This document shows positions 20,562 through 29,058 of a stretch of DNA of 64,000 nt, one piece after another (position 1 is the first letter of the stretch; every line of letters starts with the position of its first letter). The translations under genes and the position numbers were made by a program. The stretch is from Planctomycetota bacterium (GTDB lineage: Bacteria > Planctomycetota > UBA11346). Location: positions 9,751 through 73,750 of the forward strand of contig JBBQSO010000017.1 of assembly GCA_038213805.1 (NCBI GenBank), in the 5' to 3' direction. The notes below the pieces were generated by a model, which ran no database searches, was not told where the DNA came from, and saw only the letters and a program-made list of their open reading frames with translations.

Positions 20562-22556
20562 TCAGGGCGCCCCGTCGCGCACGGTCGCGTCGAGGAAGTG
20601 CACGTGCTCGCGCACGAATGAGGCGCGCAGGTGGTGCGTGTCCGTGTAGATCGGCTCGCCGTCCGCAGTGATGGCCGGGCAGGTGTCCCCCACCGCGAGC
20701 TCGGCGAGCGCATCGATGACGATGATCGAATCCGGGCGCGCGAGCGCGGCGAGGAAGGTGCGCGTGGCGCCCTCCTGGGCCAGGATGCGCGTGCGGCTGA
20801 CGCCCGCTCCCCGGACGCCGTCCTGGCCGAAGGAGCGCTTGAAGATGTAATGCGGATCCATCTCGTCGCCGGACGGGTTGTCCAGGACCAGGTACACGCG
20901 CTTCCCCGCAGCGGCCACGCGCGTCACCAATGCGGCGAACAGGGCGTCGGCGCGCGCCCGGCCCGGTGCGCCGTCCAAGGTCAGCGCGCCGCCGCCGGCG
21001 CCGGCGTCCACGTCGAAATGTTTGGAGAAGTAGGCGTTCCAGTGCGCCGCGATGACCACGCGGTCGACGTCCGGACGGTCGGCCAGGGTCAGGAAGTCTT
21101 CGGCGAAGCCGGCATTCCTCGTGGGATCGGCGAGGTTGCGCACCCCCGGAAGGGGCGGAACGCCCTCACCAGCCAGGAAGATGGCGCCGCGACCATGCGC
21201 ATTGTTGCCGCTCACCAGGGCGGCGATGCGCGGCGCGTACTGCTCCATGTGGCTGTCGCCCCAGAACAGCGTCTGTGCGCCCTGCCCGCCTGCGACATGG
21301 CACCGGCGCGCACCGACCATGGGCCCGGGGCGCAGGACCCTGGGATAGCGCCAATCCGCGATCGCGCGCTGCACGAGCGCATCAGGGGTGGTCGCGGCCT
21401 GGCGCGCCGGGATGGCGCCGCGGCCGGCGAGCAGGCCGAGGACGGCGACCACGCCGAGGGCCGCGCCCAGCGCCGTGGTGACCCGCCAGTCGGGCGAGAA
21501 GCGCAGGCGGCGCTCGACGAACCGCTGGGTGATGGCCGCGAGCACGACCGCGCCCGCCACCAGGATCAAGCGGCTGGAGACGGCGTGGTCGTCGGGCTCG
21601 ACGATGCTCCACAATGACAGCAGCGGCCAGTGCCATAGGTAGAGCGGGTAGCTGATCCGCCCGATGGCGGCAGCAGCGGGATTGCCGAGCAGCCAGCGTC
21701 CAGGAAGCGCCTGCGGCCCTGCGGCGATCGTCAGCAGCGCACCCAGTACCGGCACCGTCGCCCACCACCCGGGATAGGGGAGGCTGCCGTCCAGCGTGCA
21801 CAACGCGTAGCCGATCAGCGTCAGCCCGACCGTGGACGCCACGTGCCGCCCCAGCGGATCTGCCAGGCGGCGCACCGACGACGGCCAGGCCACGGTGGGG
21901 ATGAGGGCCAGGGCGCCACCCGCGAACAGCTCCCACGCCCGCGTGCCGGCGCCATAGAACACCGCGGCCGGCTGCGCTTCGACCAGCGTGACGTTGCAGG
22001 CGAACGAGAGCGCACCCAGGATCGCGATGCCGGCGGGCAGCGGCAGGCCGCAGCGCCGCATGGCGATCAGGATAAGGGGGAAGGCGAGGTAGAACTGCTC
22101 TTCGATCGCCAGGGACCACAGGTGCAGCAGTGGCTTGGCCGTGGCCGCGGCATCAAAGTAGCCGCCCTCGCCCCATAGCACCAAGTTCTGCACGAATAGC
22201 GCCCCGGCGAGCGTGTGCGTGCCGAGCTGCCGGAACTCGTCCGACAGGAGGAAGAGCCGGCCGAAGGCCAGGCAGGCGGCCAGGACGGTGATCAGCGCCG
22301 GGAGCAGGCGATGCATCCGGCGCCGGTAGAAACCGAGCAGTGAGAAATGCGCGCCGTCGAACCCGGAGGCGATGATCCCGGTGATGAGGAAGCCGGAGAT
22401 CACGAAGAAGATGTCGACGCCGACGAAGCCACCGCCCAGGACCTCGGGGAACGCGTGGCAGATCACCACCGCCAGGACGGCGACCGCCCGCAAGCCATCG
22501 ATGTCGCTCCGGTAGGGCAGGGACGGCGGACAGACGGCGATTCCCGTCACGGTCAT
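20562..22556 (-). CDS. Acyltransferase family 3 (OafA/YrhL-type O-acyltransferase) with a C-terminal SGNH domain
   Basis: Has YRSDIDGLRAVAVLAVVICHAF...GVDIFFVISGFLITG, multiple TM segments, and a C-terminal LFWGDSHMEQY SGNH block. The start is at MTVTGIAV (22556). The remaining 256 upstream codons of the 920-aa track ORF overlap the opposite-strand esterase and look non-coding. Confidence 0.85.
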   Translation of the reverse strand: MTVTGIAVCPPSLPYRSDIDGLRAVAVLAVVICHAFPEVLGGGFVGVDIFFVISGFLITGIIASGFDGAHFSLLGFYRRRMHRLLPALITVLAACLAFGRLFLLSDEFRQLGTHTLAGALFVQNLVLWGEGGYFDAAATAKPLLHLWSLAIEEQFYLAFPLILIAMRRCGLPLPAGIAILGALSFACNVTLVEAQPAAVFYGAGTRAWELFAGGALALIPTVAWPSSVRRLADPLGRHVASTVGLTLIGYALCTLDGSLPYPGWWATVPVLGALLTIAAGPQALPGRWLLGNPAAAAIGRISYPLYLWHWPLLSLWSIVEPDDHAVSSRLILVAGAVVLAAITQRFVERRLRFSPDWRVTTALGAALGVVAVLGLLAGRGAIPARQAATTPDALVQRAIADWRYPRVLRPGPMVGARRCHVAGGQGAQTLFWGDSHMEQYAPRIAALVSGNNAHGRGAIFLAGEGVPPLPGVRNLADPTRNAGFAEDFLTLADRPDVDRVVIAAHWNAYFSKHFDVDAGAGGGALTLDGAPGRARADALFAALVTRVAAAGKRVYLVLDNPSGDEMDPHYIFKRSFGQDGVRGAGVSRTRILAQEGATRTFLAALARPDSIIVIDALAELAVGDTCPAITADGEPIYTDTHHLRASFVREHVHFLDATVRDGAP

Positions 22557-22830
22557 CGCCGTCCCACTGGCGCCGGTCGTGCGCGCGCCGCCTGCGCGCG
22601 GCCGTGACCGGAGTGTCGATGGGAAGGTGTCACGACCGGCGCTCCGCAGGGGTTTCATTGCCGCCGTGGCGGAACAGCGGACAGGTTCAGGGTGCGCGGC
22701 GGCGCTACAAGCATCGCCACGCGCCTGCTGGCAACTCCAGCGCCTCTGAGGCGTATGCTCTTGCGAGCGTCGAGGCTCTGGACCAGAGTCACGCGTCTCC
22801 CCATCACCCCTCTGCCCTGCCGGTGCACCC

Positions 22831-24087
22831 ATGCCGACCTGCTTGCTCCACGCCTTCGCCTTCCTGCTCGTCGGCGCTGCCCTGCCGGCGGTGGAGATCA
22901 GCGTCATCCCCGACCATCCCACTGGCCTATATGCTGCAGGTGAGACCGTGACCTGGACCATCGGTTCCAAGGACCAGGCCCCAGCGGACCTGAAATACAC
23001 GGTGAAATCTGGCGGAACGGTCGAGGTCGCCAAGGGCGTCCTGGTCTTCGCCGACGGCAAGGCAACGGTCCAGGCCACTCTCGCGCAGGCCGGCACGCTG
23101 CTGCTCGAGATCCCGCACGACGGCAAGACGTCCTTCGGCGGCGCGGCCTGCGACTGGACGCACATCCCGGTCGCGCTGCCCGAACCCAAGGACTTCGACG
23201 CCTTCTGGAAAGCCAAGCTCGCCGAGCTCGCGAAAGTTCCGGTCGATGCTCGGCTCGAGCCGGTCGAATCCGATGTGGCCGGGGTGAAGCTGTGGAAGAT
23301 CACCATGGGCAACATCCACGGCACGTCGATCCACGGCTATGTCGCGCGGCCCGACGGCGAGGCGCCGTGCCCGGCGCTGCTGCAGGTGCAGTACGCAGGC
23401 GTCTACCCGCTTGAGAAGCACTGGTCGCTCGACCGCGCCAAAGAAGGCTGGCTGGTGCTCAACATCATCGCCCACGACCTGCCGGTTGATCAGCCGAAAG
23501 AGTTCTACGCCCAGCAGTCCGACGGGCCGCTCAAGAACTACGCGTCGATCGGCGCCGAGGACCGCGAGACCAGCTACTTCCTGCGCATGTACCTGTCGTG
23601 CTTCCGCGCTGCCGATTACCTGGCGAAGCGCCCGGACTGGAACCACAAGACGTTGCTGGTGGAGGGTGGCAGTCAGGGCGGCCTGCAGACCGTGGTCACC
23701 GCCGGGTTGCATCCCGCGGTCACCGTCATCACCGCCAACGTCCCGGCGGGGTGCGACATGGATGGCGCCGCGCTGCACCGCGAGCCGGGCTGGCCGCACT
23801 GGGTATGGGCCGGCGCGAATCTCCAGAAGCTGGTCACCGCCAGCGCATACTACGACGTCGTCAACTTCGCCAAGCGCGTGAAATGCCCGGCGCTGATCGG
23901 ACTGGGCCTGGTCGACACCACCTGTCCGCCGGCCGGGGTGTTTGCGATGATCAACCAGCTCACCGCGCCCAAGCGCCTGGTGATCATGCCCCTTGCCGGG
24001 CACATGGGCGACCATGGGCCTTTCTATCCGGTGATGGGCATGTGGTGGAACGCGGCGAAGAACGGGCAGGCGCTGCCGCTGCAGTGA
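22831..24087 (+). CDS. Acetylxylan esterase / cephalosporin-C deacetylase-like (CE7-type) alpha/beta hydrolase with an N-terminal extra domain
   Basis: Has a signal-like N-terminus, YVARPDGEAPCPALLQVQYAGVY, the nucleophile motif VEGGSQGGLQTV, and GLVDTTCPP...GHMG at the C-terminus. Confidence 0.75.
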   Translation: MPTCLLHAFAFLLVGAALPAVEISVIPDHPTGLYAAGETVTWTIGSKDQAPADLKYTVKSGGTVEVAKGVLVFADGKATVQATLAQAGTLLLEIPHDGKTSFGGAACDWTHIPVALPEPKDFDAFWKAKLAELAKVPVDARLEPVESDVAGVKLWKITMGNIHGTSIHGYVARPDGEAPCPALLQVQYAGVYPLEKHWSLDRAKEGWLVLNIIAHDLPVDQPKEFYAQQSDGPLKNYASIGAEDRETSYFLRMYLSCFRAADYLAKRPDWNHKTLLVEGGSQGGLQTVVTAGLHPAVTVITANVPAGCDMDGAALHREPGWPHWVWAGANLQKLVTASAYYDVVNFAKRVKCPALIGLGLVDTTCPPAGVFAMINQLTAPKRLVIMPLAGHMGDHGPFYPVMGMWWNAAKNGQALPLQ

Positions 24088-24196
24088 TGCGGATTTTTTT
24101 CAGCCGGTCTCGGCGATTCCACGCCTCTCCTCTGGGAGTCCTGGCGGTAAAATCTCAGTGACCGACGTGTGACGAGATCGAGAACATCGGGCGCGC

Positions 24197-24973
24197 TTAC
24201 GGAGCGGGCGTGCTCGGTGTGGTGAAGCCGGCAGCATTGAAGATCTTGCGCGCCACGGCGCCCTGCAGCCAGGTGGCGAAGACCGCGGCGGCCGGCTTGG
24301 CGGTCGCCGTCAGGGCCAGCGGGTAGCGGATCGGGGCATGCAGGTCTGGCGGGATACCGGCCACCTGCACGACCTTGGCATCACCGCGGATGTCGGTGGC
24401 GTACACCACGCCGAGATCCGCCTCGCCGAGTTCAACCAGGCGCAGCGCAGCGCGCACGTCCGCGGCCGGCGCTAGGCGCCCGACCAGGGCGTCCCACCAG
24501 CCCAGGCGGATGAACGCCTCCTTGGCATAGACGCCGGCCGGCACGTTGCTCGGATCGCCGATCGCCAACCGCCCACGGAAGGCGGCGCCGATGGCGAAGC
24601 CCTTTTCCACGGTGATCGCCGGCGCCGTGCCGGCCGGAGCGATCAGCACCAGACGGTTGCCCAGCAGGTCGACCCGCGAAGCGGGCGCGATCGCCTGCCG
24701 CTGCGCCAGCCAATCCATCCACGTCTCGTCAGCCGACAGGAAGAGGTCGGCGGGCGCGCCCTGTTCGATCTGCTTGGCGAGCGTCGACGAGCTGGCAAAG
24801 CTGCACACCACGTGCACGTGCCGCTCCAGCTCGTAGGCCGTCACCGCCACCTGCAGGGTGTCGGCGGTGCTGGCAGCGGCAAAGATGGTGATGGCGTCGT
24901 CCGCGCCCAGGCGCAGGCAGACGGTGGTCAGGACGAGCAGGCGGATGACGGTGGCGGGTGAGGGTCTGCGCAT
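24197..24973 (-). CDS. modA: Molybdate ABC transporter substrate-binding protein
   Basis: Contains ITIFAAASTADTLQ..., FASSSTLAKQIEQGAPADLFLSADETWMDWL and GDPSNVPAGVYAKEA. The start is at MRRPSPATV (24973). Confidence 0.8.
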   Translation of the reverse strand: MRRPSPATVIRLLVLTTVCLRLGADDAITIFAAASTADTLQVAVTAYELERHVHVVCSFASSSTLAKQIEQGAPADLFLSADETWMDWLAQRQAIAPASRVDLLGNRLVLIAPAGTAPAITVEKGFAIGAAFRGRLAIGDPSNVPAGVYAKEAFIRLGWWDALVGRLAPAADVRAALRLVELGEADLGVVYATDIRGDAKVVQVAGIPPDLHAPIRYPLALTATAKPAAAVFATWLQGAVARKIFNAAGFTTPSTPAP

Positions 24974-25321
24974 GGTGATGTCCGCTCTGGCCAGGTTCTG
25001 ACCGCACGCCTCTGTAGAGACCAAGCGGATCCGTGCAACGCGTGTTCCAGCGCCACGGCGCCCGTGTCCGTTCGACAGCTGCAGCGGCCGCTCGCTCACG
25101 ACCAAGGAGCAGTGCGGCCAAACGCTGACCCGCCGGAAGGGTCGAGCTCGTCCGTTGTCGATGCATCGGTCGATGGCGCGCGATCAGGGGCTGTCAGAGG
25201 GCGGCCCCAGCTTGACCGTGCACGCACCGACCATCCTGAAGCACGAGCCGGAGGGGATCCGCGGTGTGGGGTGCCGCGTCGGGTGGCTTGTCCGCGAGTA
25301 GGGCAGGCCTACCACTTCGCC

Positions 25322-25819
25322 ATGCCCAGCTACGCCATTGCCGATGCCGCCCTGATCGCGGAGTGCGAGATTTCGAATTCGTCGACGCACAGTCCCGGTG
25401 GACAGCACCGCAACAAGACCGAGTCGTCAGTGCGTTTCCGGCATCGGCCGAGCGGGCTGGTCGCGCAATGCGAAGAACACCGCGACCGCGCCGACAACCG
25501 CGCCGCGGCGCTGCTGCGCCTGCGCATCCGCCTCGCGCTGCGCGAGCGCGGCGTCGCTGACGTGGCATGGCTGCAGCCCATGCGCCGCGGCAACGGCTTG
25601 GCAATCGCGCCGCACGCACCGGGGTACGCGCTGGCGGTGGCGTGCTGCCTCGACGCCCTCGCCAATGCCAAGGCCGTAATCGGCGAGGCGGCGCGCGCGC
25701 TGGCACTGTCCACCAGCCAATTCACCAAGGTGCTCGCCGCCGACAAAGAGGTCATGCACGCCGCCAACGACCTGCGACTCGCCGCCGGGCTGCGGCCGAT
25801 CCGGGTGCATGACGGGTGA
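25322..25819 (+). CDS. RF-1/peptidyl-tRNA-hydrolase-domain (GGQ) protein with a non-ArfB C-terminal domain
   Basis: Contains CEISNSSTHSPGGQHRNKTESSVRFRH...VAQCEEHRDRADNRAAALLRL, comparable to the ArfB/class-I RF GGQ domain. The C-terminal ~90 aa is not the basic ArfB tail and contains an HTH-like LALSTSQFTKVL segment. Confidence 0.7.
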   Translation: MPSYAIADAALIAECEISNSSTHSPGGQHRNKTESSVRFRHRPSGLVAQCEEHRDRADNRAAALLRLRIRLALRERGVADVAWLQPMRRGNGLAIAPHAPGYALAVACCLDALANAKAVIGEAARALALSTSQFTKVLAADKEVMHAANDLRLAAGLRPIRVHDG

Positions 25820-25831
25820 GGCGGGAGGGGC

Positions 25832-25885
25832 GAGAGGCGTGAGAGGCGTGAGAGGCGTGAGAGGCGTGAGAGGCGAGAGGCGAGT
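25832..25885. repeat. Tandem 9-mer repeat: gagaggcgt x4, then the degenerate units gagaggcga and gaggcgagt
   Basis: Read directly. It is intergenic, 13 nt after the GGQ gene stop. Confidence 0.9.
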
Positions 25886-26171
25886 CTGAGGGGCAGCCGA
25901 TCACATCTGCGTCCGTCGGCGCTGGATTCACCGCGGCAACCTCCGGCCCGGGCGCGTCCTGCCGCCTCGTTGGGCCGCATCACCCGTCAGCCACGAGGCG
26001 TTCTTCTCGGGAGCCTCCAACCCACGTCCCGCGCGCCCCTTGCGACTCCATGACGGCCCCGCTCCACGGCCCGCGGCAATGTCCTGCACGCGGGGATGTG
26101 ACGAGGTCCCCGCCTCCTGGTGGCGCCCCGGTCAGCTCAACGCGCGCTGCCATCCCAGGTATCACCCCTTG

Positions 26172-27227
26172 ATGAAATCGCCTGATTTATCACTAAATCA
26201 CAGGATTCTTGCTCGCCCCGGCGAGCGGGCCACCCTCGCCGACGTGGCCCGCCTCGCCAACGTCAGCGCCATGGCCGCCTCCGCGGTGCTCAATGGCGCG
26301 CAGACTTCCACGCGCGTCGCTGCCGCGACCCGTCTGCGCATCCAGGCCGCCGCGGCGCGGCTCGGTTACCAGCCGAACGCGGTGGCGCGCTCGCTGGCGC
26401 GCAAGCGCACCGACGCCATCGGCATCTACACCGGCGCCGGCACGCTCACCGCCGACGTGACGTTCGGCGCGGCCATCCTGGCTGGCCTGCAGAAGGGCTG
26501 CGCCGCCGCGGGCAAGGACCTGCTGCTGCGGGGTGGCTTTGCCCAGCCCGAACGCTGGGGCGTCAGCTACGGCGAGCTGGTCGACGGCCGCCTCGACGGC
26601 GCGGTGGTGCTGGCGGCGCCCGACGCGCCGCTGGTCGCGCAGCTCGCCGGGTCGCCGCTCGCGGCCGTGGCGATCGTCGACGCCATCCCGGGCATGCCTT
26701 CCATCGTCGCCGACGAGGCCGACGGTGCGCGCTTGCTGGCCACCCATCTCGCCGACCGCGGCCACCGCCGCATCCTGTGGCGCCCATCGGTCGGCGAGTG
26801 CGACTCGGTGACGCGCCGCCTTGACGGTCTGCGCCGTGCGTGCGCCGCGCTCGATGTCGCCGTGGTCATCGGCGACGGCGGCTACCTGCCGCGGCCCTTC
26901 ACCGCGCGCGAACGCGACCTGCTGCGCCCCGGCCGCAAAGGTCGCGCCAGCGCGGTGGTCTGCTACGCCGACTACGTGGCCGAAGCGCTGTGCGACGACG
27001 CCCAGCAGCTCGGCTGGTCGATTCCCGGCGACCTCGCCATCGCCGGCTTCGACGGCATCGAGCTCGTCCATCAGCCGCGCCCATGGCGGCGCGTGACCAC
27101 CGTGCGCTGCCATTGGCAGCGCGTCGGCTGCATGGCGGTCGAACTGCTCAGCCGCATGATCGACGGTGGTGCGCTGCCGGCGCTGACCGCACTGCCGGTC
27201 GAGCTGCGCCCCGGCGACACCACTTGA
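26172..27227 (+). CDS. LacI-family transcriptional regulator
   Basis: Has the N-terminal HTH ATLADVARLANVSAMAASAVLNG...TRLRIQAAAARLGYQPNAVARSLA, followed by a periplasmic-binding-protein-like sugar-binding core. Confidence 0.85.
   Translation: MKSPDLSLNHRILARPGERATLADVARLANVSAMAASAVLNGAQTSTRVAAATRLRIQAAAARLGYQPNAVARSLARKRTDAIGIYTGAGTLTADVTFGAAILAGLQKGCAAAGKDLLLRGGFAQPERWGVSYGELVDGRLDGAVVLAAPDAPLVAQLAGSPLAAVAIVDAIPGMPSIVADEADGARLLATHLADRGHRRILWRPSVGECDSVTRRLDGLRRACAALDVAVVIGDGGYLPRPFTARERDLLRPGRKGRASAVVCYADYVAEALCDDAQQLGWSIPGDLAIAGFDGIELVHQPRPWRRVTTVRCHWQRVGCMAVELLSRMIDGGALPALTALPVELRPGDTT
26183..26200. promoter_or_regulatory. Perfect inverted repeat TGATTTA-TCAC-TAAATCA in an AT-rich patch, overlapping codons 4-10 of the LacI gene
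   Basis: Read directly. It is a candidate autoregulatory operator. No alternative canonical start exists between it and the HTH. Confidence 0.3.
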
Positions 27228-27277
27228 ATCCGCCGCGCCCCATCCCACACCCATTACCAGAACCCCAGGAAGAACCC

Positions 27278-28084
27278 ATGTTCCGCACTCCCGACGCACC
27301 GGCGCTCCGCCGCGCTCCCGCCACTCGCATCCGCCACTCCGCCATCTGCGCCCTCGCCGCGCTGGCGTGCATGGTCGGCGCCTGCGCGCCGCTCATGGCG
27401 GCCGACGCCACCGGTCCGACGCCCTTCCCCGATGCGCAGGACGAGAAGAGCTGGCCCGGTACCGGCCCCATCCGCGTGTTCGGCTGGATGGTCGACAACC
27501 GCAATTATTTCTGGACGCAGCGCCAGGCGGCGCACGGCGCGGTGGTGTTCATCGGCGACTCGCTGACCGGCAACTGGGACGCCAAGCAGATGGCAACGCT
27601 CTTCCCCGGGATGAAGATCGCCAACCGCGGCATCGGCGGTGATGTCAGTCGTGGCGTGCTTTTCCGCCTCCAGGAAGACGCCCTCGACCTTGATCCCAAG
27701 GCGCTGGTGGTGTGCATCGGCTCCAATGATCTCAGCGCGCATGCGGACACCGCCGGCGCCATGGCCAACATCGCCGCGATCATCGCCAAGGCGCGCGCGC
27801 ACAGCGCGACCATGCCCATCGTGCTGTGCACCCTCGCCCCGCGCCGCTCGGCGGTAGCCCCGACCAAGCCCGGCGCCCACGCCGACCTCAACGCGCGCAT
27901 CACCGCATTCGCCAAGGACCAGCAGCACCTCGCGCTGCTCGACCTGCCCCCGGTGCTCGGCACCGCCCTCGACGCGCCCACGCCGGCCTACTACGCCGAC
28001 GACCTGCTCCACCTCGCGCCCCCCGGCTACGAGCGCTGGGCCGCTGCCCTGCACCCGGTGTTCAAGACGCTGGGCGTGGAGTAA
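27278..28084 (+). CDS. SGNH/GDSL hydrolase (PAF-acetylhydrolase-IB-like esterase), secreted
   Basis: Has intact catalytic blocks: VVFIGDSLTGNWD, ANRGIGGD, VCIGSNDL and DDLLHLAPPGY. It lies 50 nt downstream of the LacI gene. Confidence 0.8.
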   Translation: MFRTPDAPALRRAPATRIRHSAICALAALACMVGACAPLMAADATGPTPFPDAQDEKSWPGTGPIRVFGWMVDNRNYFWTQRQAAHGAVVFIGDSLTGNWDAKQMATLFPGMKIANRGIGGDVSRGVLFRLQEDALDLDPKALVVCIGSNDLSAHADTAGAMANIAAIIAKARAHSATMPIVLCTLAPRRSAVAPTKPGAHADLNARITAFAKDQQHLALLDLPPVLGTALDAPTPAYYADDLLHLAPPGYERWAAALHPVFKTLGVE

Positions 28085-28213
28085 GGACGGACGTCCTGGG
28101 GAGCACAAAAGAACGCCAAGGCGCCAAGACGCCAAGGACCAGCGCAACCATCGCGCATCATAGGGCGACGGCCCCGGTGGTCCTCGTTTTGGTGGTGCCT
28201 GGCATCGTTGTTC

Positions 28214-28723
28214 TCACTTCCCCTGCCCGTCTCCGGCAGGGTCGGCCTCCGGGGGGTTCTTCACCGGATCCGCTCTCTGATCCTTGTCAGTCTCCGTGTC
28301 CTTCTGCGACTCGGGATCCTTGTCCTTGTCCTTGTCCGCTTCGGCTGCGGCCGCCTTGGCAGCACCCGTATACCCGTCGATCACGCCGGTGAGAAACTCG
28401 CTCGTGTCCGACTTCTTCTGCTTCGGATGGTACTTCATGGCCAGCAGCAGGCGTTCGAAGATGTAGCCGTTATCCGCGTTGCTCCTGATGTCGGCCATGA
28501 TCCGGTCGTAGGCCGCCGGATCGAGGTCCTCGCCCTTCTTCATCACCTTCATCAGCAGAGTCGACATCACCCCGTCGATGACATGCGCGGATTTCTCCGT
28601 CAGCTTCGACTGCTTCGCAACCGATTCCTGGTACGCGCCCAGCAGCCTGAAGGTCCCGACCGCGATCAGCAGCGCTGCGACGCTGACGATCAGGCAGGCG
28701 ATGCTGATGATGGTCTTGTGCAT
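28214..28723 (-). CDS. Hypothetical membrane-anchored protein with an acidic, Lys/Asp-rich tail
   Basis: Has an N-terminal TM helix (MHKTIISIACLIVSVAALLIAVG) and the tail EADKDKDKDPESQKDTETDKDQ. Two sampled 60-nt lines in this gene give 57-58% GC, against 75% for one sampled line elsewhere (12601). No family was recognised. Confidence 0.5.
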   Translation of the reverse strand: MHKTIISIACLIVSVAALLIAVGTFRLLGAYQESVAKQSKLTEKSAHVIDGVMSTLLMKVMKKGEDLDPAAYDRIMADIRSNADNGYIFERLLLAMKYHPKQKKSDTSEFLTGVIDGYTGAAKAAAAEADKDKDKDPESQKDTETDKDQRADPVKNPPEADPAGDGQGK

Positions 28724-29058
28724 GGGGGTGGTCCTTTGCGGTGGGCTCGTCGGAGTCGGGCGTTCGTGCCCGCCCGCGCTAACCAATCCTGCACATACCA
28801 GGCGATCATGATCGCGCCGGCAGCGTCAGGAGCTTCCTGGTGAGGGAGCATGCACGTGCCGGTGGCAATGCCAAGCCGGAGGTCGATGGCTGAGCGCTCG
28901 CCGGACAGGATGAGTCCCATTCGCCTGGGGCACATCGAGGGCGTCAGGACCTGGGGTCGAGCGGCAAGATCCCGCGTCGCTGGTGCGCGGAGTGGACGGC
29001 ACAGCGAGCTGGGGCTCGTTTCTCCCGGCTGCCTGGCGATGTTTCCGGCGAAGCGTCC

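Noticed and set aside
22557-23324. N-terminal 256 codons of the 920-aa track ORF 20562..23324(-), read as part of the acyltransferase
   Set aside because: The acyltransferase-3 domain starts right after Met257 (MTVTGIAV...YRSDIDGLRAV). The upstream part overlaps the well-supported opposite-strand esterase gene and has junk-like composition.
24078-24100. Intrinsic terminator after the CE7-like esterase (a T7 run at 24094-24100)
   Set aside because: The T-run is striking in this genome. The only stems I can draw just upstream of it are 3-4 bp, which is not enough to call a terminator.
24974-25321. Molybdenum-cofactor riboswitch upstream of modA
   Set aside because: I could not find the conserved Moco-motif elements as I recall them by eye on the minus strand. 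This needs a covariance-model scan, so it is not claimed.
25832-25885. Possible CRISPR array
   Set aside because: The units are 9 nt and directly abutting, with no spacers. No cas genes are present. It is a microsatellite-like tandem repeat.
28114-28137. Three tandem copies of cgccaagN after the SGNH esterase stop, and the similar-looking ggcggtaaaatc element near 24140
   Set aside because: These are too short and too few to call a repeat family from one window. They could be part of a genome-wide intergenic repeat, but that cannot be supported here.
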